From an uncultured Verrucomicrobia subdivision 3 bacterium (lineage in GTDB: Bacteria; Verrucomicrobiota; Verrucomicrobiia; Limisphaerales; UBA11358): DNA of 62,856 bases. The first letter of the stretch is position 1; every line of letters starts with the position of its first letter. This document shows positions 1 to 8,655 of the stretch, piece by piece. The position numbers and the translations under genes were made by a program. Below the pieces are notes generated by a model. It was given only the letters and a program-made list of their open reading frames with translations. It made no database searches and had not been told where the DNA came from. The stretch lies in assembly GCA_903820285.1 (NCBI GenBank), contig CAIJGS010000329.1, forward strand, positions 1 to 62,856, given 5' to 3'.

Positions 1-33
1 ACTTTGCAGGCGGCGTAATCCGCCTCGTTCGAT

Positions 34-1101
34 ATGTTCACGAACCTTGATCAACCTGCCGGTCCGCTCGCTCGTCTGGCGCAGGATCTGCAAACCTTCC
101 CCGGTACCATACGGGTGCTGGTGACCACCTGCACGGTGTCCGTGCTGGCAGCAGTGCTCCTAAATTTCATCCTGGCCCGCCAGAGCCACGCGATTCGCTC
201 CCAAAAAAAAAGCACGGTGGAAACGGGGTCCATGCTCCTGTTCCTGGCCGGGTTCTATTTGCTGATCCGGACGCGTACAGGCGTTTATGATGTGCCCGCG
301 ATGTATCATCCGGCGGCGGTCGTCGGAGCCATTTTGTTGCTGCTGGGCACCACGGTGAATCTCATGGGCCGGTTTGCGCTGGGCCGGAACTGGGGCAATC
401 ACGTGGTGATTTACGAGGATCATCAACTCGTAACGCGCGGAGTTTATTATTTCGTGCGGCATCCGCTGTACGCCGGACTGATCTGGATGTTTCTGGGCGC
501 GTCGCTGGTGTTTCAAAACGGGGCCGCTCTGCTGGCCACGCTGTTTCTTTTTCTACCCGGCATGTATTACCGGGGCAAACAGGAGGAAAAGGTTTTGGTG
601 GCACAGTTTCCCGACTACGACAATTACCGCGACCGCACTGGCATGTTTTTCCCAATTTCCATGGGGCCCGAAGTGGCGCGTGTGCCGCGACCCGCGTTTG
701 CTTTTTGCCGCCTATCGCTAACGCTGATGCTCTGGCTCGCGTGGGGATTCCACCTGCTCTGGCTGGTCGCGGCGGTGCTGGTCATTCTGGTCGCATCGGT
801 GGCGTTAAAGGTCCAGCGTTCGCCGATGATCCAGCTTTATCAGCAGACTGTGCTGCGCGTCGTGCCCACCCTGCGCTATGAATTGCTGGATGTGCCGGCC
901 ATGCGGTTTGCGCACGGACTTGGCGCGCTCATGGCGTTGGGAGTGATCATTGGCATCCTGATGTCTCCGACGGGCGGCTGGTATGGACTGCTGGCGTTCT
1001 GCCTGCTGAAAACCATTGCGGCCTTGGGTTACTGCCCCGCCTCCAAACTGTTCGCCTGCATGCAAAAAGGCGGCTGTTGCGCCCTGACCCGCAGGTGCTG
1101 A
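34..1101 (+). CDS. Isoprenylcysteine carboxyl methyltransferase (ICMT/PEMT)-family membrane methyltransferase fused to a DUF4395-like C-terminal domain
   Basis: ICMT motif LGRNW..HQLVTRGVYYFVRHPLY and EEKVL..F..Y..Y..RT; second hydrophobic domain with RFAHGLG and GYCPAS; Cys-rich tail. Confidence 0.75.
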   Translation: MFTNLDQPAGPLARLAQDLQTFPGTIRVLVTTCTVSVLAAVLLNFILARQSHAIRSQKKSTVETGSMLLFLAGFYLLIRTRTGVYDVPAMYHPAAVVGAILLLLGTTVNLMGRFALGRNWGNHVVIYEDHQLVTRGVYYFVRHPLYAGLIWMFLGASLVFQNGAALLATLFLFLPGMYYRGKQEEKVLVAQFPDYDNYRDRTGMFFPISMGPEVARVPRPAFAFCRLSLTLMLWLAWGFHLLWLVAAVLVILVASVALKVQRSPMIQLYQQTVLRVVPTLRYELLDVPAMRFAHGLGALMALGVIIGILMSPTGGWYGLLAFCLLKTIAALGYCPASKLFACMQKGGCCALTRRC

Positions 1102-1192
1102 TCCATTTTACCCGGCCTTCGGATCGAGCAACCCATTCGCAAATCAAAACTTTGCGCTTTGAACTTGGGGCACAAACCCCTATACAAATCCC

Positions 1193-1807
1193 ATGCAGCC
1201 AACACTTCTGGGCGAGGGCGGACCGGTCATCTGGCTGATCCTGGTCGCCGCCGCCATCGCCGCCGCCGTGTTTATTGAACGGGCGCTCTATTGCCACCGT
1301 TCGCAGATCAACTCCGCTGAGTTTCTCAACGGCGTCCGCACCGTCATGAAACGGGGCAACGTCGTGGAGGCCATCTCCATTTGCGATGCCACCCCCGGAC
1401 CCGTGGCACGGTTGGTGAAAGCCGCCATTCTCACCCGCGAACTCGGCCGCGACCGCGTGCGCGAATCCGTCGAGGAAGCCGGCCTCACCGAAGTGCCCCG
1501 GCTGGAGGAAAAACTCAATCTGCTCGCCACCATCGCCCAGATCGCGCCGCTGCTCGGCCTGTTCGGCACCATCATCGGCTTCATTGACGTCTTCAAGCAC
1601 CTTGAGGAAAAGGGCTTGTACTCCAACATCCTGTTCATGTCCGGCGGGGTCAAGCAAGCCCTCATCTGCGCGGCCGCCGGCATCGCCGTGGCCATCCCGG
1701 CCCATGCGGGTTATAACTATCTCGTCAGCCGCGTGAACAAGATCGTCCTGGATATGGAACGCGCCGCCGCCGAGATCGTCAATATCGTCACCGAAGACGG
1801 CAAATGA
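1193..1807 (+). CDS. exbB: MotA/TolQ/ExbB proton channel protein
   Basis: GGPVIWLI N-terminus, APLLGLFGTIIG, ALICAAAGIAVAIPA. Confidence 0.9.
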   Translation: MQPTLLGEGGPVIWLILVAAAIAAAVFIERALYCHRSQINSAEFLNGVRTVMKRGNVVEAISICDATPGPVARLVKAAILTRELGRDRVRESVEEAGLTEVPRLEEKLNLLATIAQIAPLLGLFGTIIGFIDVFKHLEEKGLYSNILFMSGGVKQALICAAAGIAVAIPAHAGYNYLVSRVNKIVLDMERAAAEIVNIVTEDGK

Positions 1808-2232
1808 AATTTCCGCGCAACGCCAAGATCCTGCGCAGTCCGTTTGACATCGCGCCGTTCGCCGCGGTGTTTTTCCTGCTCGTCATTTTCGTGATGCTGG
1901 GCGGCCAGATGCCGGTGCCCGGCATTCCGCTGGACCCGCCCGCCGTGGCGAATCTGCCCGGGGTGGACAAGCCGGTCATTGCCGTGGCCGTGGACAGCCA
2001 GGGCACCTTGTATTACAAAAATAAAATGATCACCGAGCCGGAGCTGACCAATAGCCTGGCCGCCGCCCGCGCCGCGGCCCCGGAACCGCCCACGCTGGTC
2101 ATTCATGCGGATAAGCAGGTGACGTATTGGACACTCACCCATCTCGTAGGGCTGGCCCGCACGGCGGGCATCACCAATACGTTGCTGGCCACCCTGCCGC
2201 GCGTCACCGATCCGCCCCTGCCCCATGAATGA
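1804..2232 (+). CDS. exbD: ExbD/TolR biopolymer transport protein
   Basis: DIAPFAAVFFLLVIF TM segment, LVIHADKQV; ATGA overlap with exbB. Confidence 0.85.
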   Translation: MKFPRNAKILRSPFDIAPFAAVFFLLVIFVMLGGQMPVPGIPLDPPAVANLPGVDKPVIAVAVDSQGTLYYKNKMITEPELTNSLAAARAAAPEPPTLVIHADKQVTYWTLTHLVGLARTAGITNTLLATLPRVTDPPLPHE

Positions 2233-3016
2233 GGCGCCCGCAGATCCCCGACCCCTGCCGCTGTCACCGCCGCCGGACGAAGGCTGGGCCTGGCGGAAAC
2301 TGGCCTGGCTGGCCGTCTTTCTTTTCGCCGTGCACATCGGCGCCCTGTTTGTTTTTGGCAGCAAAAAGCCGGTGACCGCCCGGGCCGTGATCAATCACGT
2401 GCCGCATTTGCAACTGACCAGCGAAGGCAATGAGCTGATCGCCCTCGGCGACCCGACCCTGTTTGTGCTGCCGCATCCGAATGATTTTGGCGCGCCCCTG
2501 TGGCAGCATCCCGCCGACCGGATCCGGCCTGCTTTTCATTACACCGAGGACCCGGAATTCTTGAAGTTGAACCCGCTATCCTTGGGAGCCACGTTCCAGG
2601 AATTTGTGCAGACAAACCGGTTTGCGCCCTACGCGCCGGATTTCAAACCGGCCTTGGAACTGGCCGCGCCCGCGCTCACCGATGAACCGGCGGTCACCGC
2701 TTCCACCTGGCGCATTACGGGCGACCTGGCCCGCCGGCCGCTACTGGACACCCCAGCGCTGCCCGTGCTGGCTTACAATGATGTACTGCCCCCCAGCAAG
2801 GTGCAGGTGTCGGTGAATGCGGAAGGATTTGTGGCCTCACTGGTGCCGCTGCCGCCGGAAAATGCCGTGGAGGCCAAGCAACGCGCCGAAGTGGGCGAAA
2901 CCAATGCGCTGCGCATCGCGCGCAAATTGCGCTTCGCCCCGGCAGCGCAGGCCACCTTTGGCGAAATCATTTTTAACTGGCACACCATGCCGCTGCTCAC
3001 CACCAACCCACCATGA
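2225..3016 (+). CDS. TonB-like energy transducer (divergent)
   Basis: N-terminal TM with His (FAVHIG), Pro-rich linker, C-terminal VQVSVNAEGFV resembling TonB-C; follows exbBD. Confidence 0.5.
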   Translation: MNEAPADPRPLPLSPPPDEGWAWRKLAWLAVFLFAVHIGALFVFGSKKPVTARAVINHVPHLQLTSEGNELIALGDPTLFVLPHPNDFGAPLWQHPADRIRPAFHYTEDPEFLKLNPLSLGATFQEFVQTNRFAPYAPDFKPALELAAPALTDEPAVTASTWRITGDLARRPLLDTPALPVLAYNDVLPPSKVQVSVNAEGFVASLVPLPPENAVEAKQRAEVGETNALRIARKLRFAPAAQATFGEIIFNWHTMPLLTTNPP

Positions 3017-3237
3017 GCATCTCGCACCTGCTATCTGGTTACGTGGCTATGGCGCTGGGCGCGCTCTGTGTGGTGGGCATCCTCTCCGAAATGCGCCGCC
3101 GCCGCTTCGGTCCCGCGCATCCCGAAGACCGCGTGTTCCGCTGCCGCAAATGCCAGCACGTGTACACGGACGATGCCGACGTGGACCGCTCCCGCTGCCC
3201 GCACTGCGGGAAGCTCAATGAGCCGATTGTGTTTTAG
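3013..3237 (+). CDS. Small membrane-anchored zinc-ribbon protein
   Basis: N-terminal TM, CRKC...CPHC; ATGA overlap with upstream gene. Confidence 0.75.
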   Translation: MSISHLLSGYVAMALGALCVVGILSEMRRRRFGPAHPEDRVFRCRKCQHVYTDDADVDRSRCPHCGKLNEPIVF

Positions 3238-3282
3238 ACAGAATGACAGAATATTGCAGAATCGGATAAATCCTCAGTCCAA

Positions 3283-3999
3283 TCACTGCCCAGCCGCCGC
3301 ATCTAACGGCTTGAAGAACCTCCCCGAACGCGGCAGCCAGCCTTCCGTCTTATCCAGCGACAACACCACATCCGTGGCCTTGCCCACAATACGCTTCCGC
3401 TCCACCGTGCCAAAATAGCGGGAATCAAAACTGTTGTCGCGATTGTCGCCCATCATGAAATACTGGCCCGCCGGCACCTGCACCGGACCGAACGTCCGCT
3501 TCGCCGGCAGGCTCGGAATGGCCATCACCGCGTGCGTATGCGTGGGCAATTGTTCCGTGACAACCTGGCTTTGCAACTGCTCATCCGCCGAAAGCCGCTC
3601 CGCAATGCCCGTACCGGCCGGCGCATATTCAACCGGTTTGCCATTGATGATCAATTGCTCGTCTCGCAGTTCAATCACATCGCCGGGCAGACCGATCACG
3701 CGCTTCACCAGCCGGGTTTCATCCTTGGGCGAATAAAAAACCACAATGTCGCCCCGCTGTGGATTCCCCCACTCGGCCAGATGCCAGGTGGTAAACGGCA
3801 CCTTCAGATCATAGGCCAGTTTGTTTATAAACACGCGGTCGCCTTCCAGAATCGTCGGTTTCATGGACCCGGTTGGCACATCATTCCAGTCGGCCAGCGA
3901 AGAGCGGATGGAGAACAGCACCATCGCCATGATAAGAATGGGCCGGATTTCCTTTCGCCAGTAATGGCGGACCCGGGGACTGAGCAGAGCTTGCTTCAT
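3283..3999 (-). CDS. lepB: Signal peptidase I
   Basis: VPTGSMKPTI (Ser), LVKRVIGLPGD (Lys), MMGDNRDNSFDSRYFG; start trimmed to ATG at 3999. Confidence 0.95.
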   Translation of the reverse strand: MKQALLSPRVRHYWRKEIRPILIMAMVLFSIRSSLADWNDVPTGSMKPTILEGDRVFINKLAYDLKVPFTTWHLAEWGNPQRGDIVVFYSPKDETRLVKRVIGLPGDVIELRDEQLIINGKPVEYAPAGTGIAERLSADEQLQSQVVTEQLPTHTHAVMAIPSLPAKRTFGPVQVPAGQYFMMGDNRDNSFDSRYFGTVERKRIVGKATDVVLSLDKTEGWLPRSGRFFKPLDAAAGQ

Positions 4000-4140
4000 G
4001 CTGGTTTTGACCTGACAGACGCCGAAGCGTTCAAAGCAAGATAGCCCCCAACTGCCTACATCACGCCAGCCGGACGGCCTTGCCCCCCTTTTGTTTTGCC
4101 AATTTAAACGCCCCCTCCTATTCTGCCCACACTTGGATTT

Positions 4141-6225
4141 ATGAAAGCACCCGGAAAATTCACCCTCCCATTTCTGCTCTTTTGTATCTTCGTTTGGTTC
4201 GCCCCGCGTGCGCTGGCCCATTTGCCTCAGGAGTACGTCGAAGGCGATGTTCTCATCACCTTCAAACCCGGCGCGAGCCTCACCGCCGGCACCAACGCGC
4301 TCGCCCGTCATTCGTTGAACTTGAAAAAACATTTCCCCGAATTATCCCGCCTCCGGGGCAAACACTCCGGTCTCGTTCATGATAACTCCCGCACCACCGC
4401 CCAATTAATGGCCGAATTGCAGGCCGACCCCGCCGTCGAATCCGTGGAACCCAATTACCTCCGCTGGGTCACCGCCGTCCCGAACGACACGCTCTTCACC
4501 AACCTCTGGGGCCTCCAAAATACCGCCCAATCCGTCAACGGCAATACCGGCACCAGCGGCGCGGACATCCGGTTTGTGCCCGCGTGGGCGCTGGCGCGGC
4601 CTACCACCAATCCCGTGGTGGTCGCCGTCATCGACACCGGCGTGGATTACACCCACCCCGATCTTGCCTCGAATATGTGGGTTAACCCCGGTGAAATTGC
4701 CACCAACGGATTGGATGACGATGGCAACGGTTACGTGGATGACGTTTACGGCTACGATTTCGCCGACAACACCTCCAACCCCACGGACTCCGGTTATCAT
4801 GGCACTCATGTGGCCGGCACCATCGCCGCCATTGGCAACAATAATTTGGGCGTGATCGGCGTCAACTACCAGGCCCATATCATGGCACTACGGGTTTCGA
4901 GCGATGGCGAAACCATCTCCTCCGCCGCCGAAATTTCGGCGCTGGGCTATGCAACCCTGATGAAAAACCGCGGCGTCAATCTGGTGGCCATCAACGCCTC
5001 CTTTGGCGGCGGCGGCTACAGCAGCACCGAGTCGGCCGCCATCCAGGCCGCCGGCAATGCGGGTATTATCTTTTGCGCCGCCGCCGGCAACGCCACCAAT
5101 AACAACGACACCGCCGCCTTTTATCCGGCCAATTACCGGCTCACGAATATGATCGTGGTGGCCGCCAGCGATCAGAACGATTCGCTGGCCTATTTTTCCA
5201 ACTACGGTGCCAGCACCGTGGACTTGGCCGCGCCGGGAGTAAATATTCTCTCCACCCTGCCTGTGGCCCAGGCGACCACCACGGCTTATGTGCAGCAGAG
5301 CACCAACATCTACAGCGCCACGGAATTGACCTATTCCGGCACCACCACAGGCATTACCGCTACCGTCTATTATTGCGGCTTGGGCAATCCCACTGACTTT
5401 CCTGCCGGAGTGCGCAGTAATCTGGCCCTGATCCAGCGCGGCACCCTCACGTTTTCCAATAAGGTGGTCAATGCCATGGCAGCCGGTGCCCGCGGAGCGA
5501 TCATCTTTAACAACACCAATGGAAATTTTCTGGGAACCCTGGGAGGATCCAATAACTGGATTCCGGCCATCTCCCTGGCCCAGGCCGACGGCCAGACCTT
5601 GCAGGCACTGCTGCCCGTCACGGCCAAGCTGTTTAACGGGGTGGATCCGGCCAATATCTACCAGTACTTGGACGGCACCTCCATGGCGACCCCGCACGTG
5701 GCCGGAGCGGTGGCCTTTGCCGCGCAGAATTTCCCGACGGAAACCGTCAGCCAGCGCATTCAGCGGGTGCTCAACAACGTGGACGCCGTTGCGGGCCTGA
5801 CCGGCAAAGTCCGCACCGGCGGCCGGTTGAATCTGCAACGCATCGTGGACACCGATCGCAATGGCCTGCCCGACTGGTGGGAGCAGCAATATTTTGGCCA
5901 CCTCACCGGCACCAGCACGAATACCGATGCCGACCACGATGGCCTGAACAACCTCGCCGAATTTCTGGCCGGCACCAACCCGACGAATGCCAACTCAAAC
6001 CTCGGCGTGAAAATCCTCTCCGTCAGCAAAAGCAATACCGTGTCCGTGGCTTGGGCCAGCGTGGCGGGCAAAACCTACTGGGTGGAACGCGCCACCAATT
6101 TAACCGGCGGTTTCCACACGGTGATCCAAACCAATATCGCGGCCACCGCGCCGACCAATACCATCACCGACACCAATCTCCTAAGCGGCAAAATCCGGTT
6201 CTACCGCGTGGGCGTGGAGCAATAA
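4141..6225 (+). CDS. Secreted S8 subtilisin-like serine peptidase with inserted PA domain
   Basis: Signal peptide; catalytic IDTG, HGTHVAG, GTSMATPHVAG; PA motif ALIQRG..TFSNKV.NA..AGA; DxDxxG Ca-binding-like motifs; C-terminal RFYRVGVEQ. Confidence 0.92.
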   Translation: MKAPGKFTLPFLLFCIFVWFAPRALAHLPQEYVEGDVLITFKPGASLTAGTNALARHSLNLKKHFPELSRLRGKHSGLVHDNSRTTAQLMAELQADPAVESVEPNYLRWVTAVPNDTLFTNLWGLQNTAQSVNGNTGTSGADIRFVPAWALARPTTNPVVVAVIDTGVDYTHPDLASNMWVNPGEIATNGLDDDGNGYVDDVYGYDFADNTSNPTDSGYHGTHVAGTIAAIGNNNLGVIGVNYQAHIMALRVSSDGETISSAAEISALGYATLMKNRGVNLVAINASFGGGGYSSTESAAIQAAGNAGIIFCAAAGNATNNNDTAAFYPANYRLTNMIVVAASDQNDSLAYFSNYGASTVDLAAPGVNILSTLPVAQATTTAYVQQSTNIYSATELTYSGTTTGITATVYYCGLGNPTDFPAGVRSNLALIQRGTLTFSNKVVNAMAAGARGAIIFNNTNGNFLGTLGGSNNWIPAISLAQADGQTLQALLPVTAKLFNGVDPANIYQYLDGTSMATPHVAGAVAFAAQNFPTETVSQRIQRVLNNVDAVAGLTGKVRTGGRLNLQRIVDTDRNGLPDWWEQQYFGHLTGTSTNTDADHDGLNNLAEFLAGTNPTNANSNLGVKILSVSKSNTVSVAWASVAGKTYWVERATNLTGGFHTVIQTNIAATAPTNTITDTNLLSGKIRFYRVGVEQ

Positions 6226-6247
6226 TCACCGGCCGACAGCGGCAGCG

Positions 6248-7816
6248 TCAGGACAGCGTTTTGGTTCCCGCATGCGCCGGCAGCCAGAGTTCCACGGATG
6301 TGCCCATGCCGGGGGCACTCCGGAGGTTGATAAATCCATCGTGCTCCTTGATGATGCCCCGGACAATCGACAGCCCCAGCCCGGTACCTTTGCCGGCCTC
6401 TTTTGTGGTATAAAACGGTTCGAAAATTTTCTCCTGTTGGGCCGGCTCAATGCCCACGCCCGTGTCCTTGACGCGGATCATCACATACGTCCCCGCCCGC
6501 GCTTCCGGATGCGCGGCCACCTCTTCCGCCCCGGCCAGGATATTCTCCGCCGAGATGGTCAGTTCACCGCCCACTGGCAGGGCATCCCGGGCATTGATGC
6601 ACAGGTTGAGGAGCACCCGGTGCAGCTGAGTCGGGTCACCGAAGACCGTCCAAAGATCCGGCGCAATGCGGGTATGAATATGGATGGCTTTGGGAAACGT
6701 TTCCTGGATGATGCCCGTGATTTCGCGGATGATCTGGCCCAGCAGCAGCAACTCGCGCCGCCGATCCTCGCCCCCGCGGGCAAACATCAGCATTTGCTCC
6801 ACCAGCTTGACGCCGCGCTCCGCGCTGCTGCGAATCGCCCCGGCCAGCCGGCGGCTGTCCTCATCGCCGTTGGTGTTGAGCAGCAGCCGGGAGGAAATCA
6901 GGATGGGCGACAGCACATTGTTGAGGTCATGGGCCAGGCCGGTCGCCAGGGTACCCATGCTTTCCATGCGCTGGGCGCGCTGGAACTGGGTTTCCAGTTT
7001 CTTTTTTTCCGAAAGATCCTCCACCAGACCAATCGCATAAACCTGCCCCGGCACGGCCTCGCGCACCACTGATACCGTCAGCCGGCCGGAAATGATTTTC
7101 CGGTCCTTGCGCAAATAGCGTTTTTCAATCTGGTAAAACTCGCGTTTGCCCGCCAGCAGGTCACGGTAGAGCGCCAAATCCGCCTGCGCATCCTCCGGAT
7201 GGGTGAATTCCATGAACGTCATCCCCCGCAATTCATCCTCGGTGTAGCCGAGCAGCCGCTGCAAGGCACGATTGCATTTGAGGGGCCGCGCATGCGGTCC
7301 CACCAGGGCCATGCCGATGGCTACATTCTCGAACATCACCCGGAACTCGGTCTCGCTCTTGCGGAGCAGTTCCTCGGTCCATTTGCGTTCCGTGATGTCC
7401 TCGGCAATCCCGACAATGCGCGTTACTTTGCCGGCGGCATCCTTCACCGGAAAGGCCCGGCTGTGAACCCACCGCACGGTCCCGTTGGGGCGGACAATGC
7501 GATACTCCTCGTCGTATTTGCCCGCCACCTGCCGGATCAGGACGCAATCCAGCACCCGGGCGCGATCTTCCGGGTGGATCGCCTCCGACCACAGATGGGG
7601 GGAGGCATATAGTTCCGCGCATGACCGGCCCCAGATGCTTTCGTACCCCGGGCTGATGTAGAGCATCCGGGTTTTCGCCACATCCGTCATCCAGAAGACC
7701 TCGTGAATGTTCTCCACCACCTGGCGGAACATTTCCTCGCTCTCCCGCAATTTCAGTTCAACAGCCCCGGCATCATTCCCCGCCGGCGGCAGATCGGATC
7801 CTTCCATCGCCTTCAT
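6248..7816 (-). CDS. Cytoplasmic PAS-PAS sensor histidine kinase
   Basis: Two PAS/PAC domains, H-box LAHDLNN, NLCINARDA, DTGVG, FEPFYTTK..GTGLGL. Confidence 0.93.
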   Translation of the reverse strand: MKAMEGSDLPPAGNDAGAVELKLRESEEMFRQVVENIHEVFWMTDVAKTRMLYISPGYESIWGRSCAELYASPHLWSEAIHPEDRARVLDCVLIRQVAGKYDEEYRIVRPNGTVRWVHSRAFPVKDAAGKVTRIVGIAEDITERKWTEELLRKSETEFRVMFENVAIGMALVGPHARPLKCNRALQRLLGYTEDELRGMTFMEFTHPEDAQADLALYRDLLAGKREFYQIEKRYLRKDRKIISGRLTVSVVREAVPGQVYAIGLVEDLSEKKKLETQFQRAQRMESMGTLATGLAHDLNNVLSPILISSRLLLNTNGDEDSRRLAGAIRSSAERGVKLVEQMLMFARGGEDRRRELLLLGQIIREITGIIQETFPKAIHIHTRIAPDLWTVFGDPTQLHRVLLNLCINARDALPVGGELTISAENILAGAEEVAAHPEARAGTYVMIRVKDTGVGIEPAQQEKIFEPFYTTKEAGKGTGLGLSIVRGIIKEHDGFINLRSAPGMGTSVELWLPAHAGTKTLS

Positions 7817-8031
7817 TTACCTTTCCCGCCATTGTTCACATTCACCCAAAAATAGTTCATGCCATAATGAACCGGAACCGGCGGGGGAACGCTACTGTCC
7901 ATTGGTACAGGTGACACGAATCCGGCTGAACCCGCGAATAGCCAAATATTTATGAAAACCGGCAAACCACCTTGGAACGGCGGACCCGCAGCCGCAAACT
8001 TTCGCCAATTAACTCGCTCTCCCGGCCGGGT

Positions 8032-8655
8032 TCAGCCCGTCTCCCCGGTGATTTTTTCCGCCATCCGCACCAGTTCGGCCAGCGATTTGGCGCGCATCTT
8101 CTGCATGATATTGGCGCGATGAAACTTTACCGTCCGCTCGGCCGTGGCCAGTTCGCCGGCCACCTGTTTGTTCAACCGGCCGGCCGTGATGAGCGCCATC
8201 ACCTCGCGCTCGCGCGGCGTCAGCTGCTTGTAACGGGCGCGCACTTCCCGGAACTCCATCCGTTCCTCGTGGGCCACCGCATCCCGGGCCAGGGCCATCC
8301 GGATGGCGTCCAGCAGATGCGCGGTCTGGAACGGTTTCGTCAGAAACTCTACCGCCCCCGCCTTCATGGCGCGCACCGACATCGGGATGTCCCCGTGGGC
8401 CGTAATAAAGATTACCGGGACGGTGTTGCCCAGCCGGTTCAATTCCCGTTGCAACTCCAGCCCGCCCATCCCCGGCATGCGCACATCCAGCACCAGACAG
8501 GCCGGCACATCCCGGCGCGGGTGCTCGAGAAATTCCCGGGCCGAGGCAAACGTCTGCACCTTGAAACCGGCGCACCGCAGCAACCGCCCCGTGGAACGCC
8601 GCACCGACAGGTCATCGTCCACCACATAAACCATGGGCTCTGGCTTCGCGCTCAC
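8032..8655 (-). CDS. FixJ/NodW-type LuxR-family response regulator
   Basis: VYVVDDD, LVLDVRMPG, FLTKP, LTPREREV..LNKQVA; GTG start overlaps upstream stop (GTGA). Confidence 0.93.
   Translation of the reverse strand: MSAKPEPMVYVVDDDLSVRRSTGRLLRCAGFKVQTFASAREFLEHPRRDVPACLVLDVRMPGMGGLELQRELNRLGNTVPVIFITAHGDIPMSVRAMKAGAVEFLTKPFQTAHLLDAIRMALARDAVAHEERMEFREVRARYKQLTPREREVMALITAGRLNKQVAGELATAERTVKFHRANIMQKMRAKSLAELVRMAEKITGETG

Noticed and set aside
7893-7910. TACTGTCCATTGGTACAG as a response-regulator binding site
   Set aside because: Single imperfect copy; cannot be tied to a defined consensus without a search.
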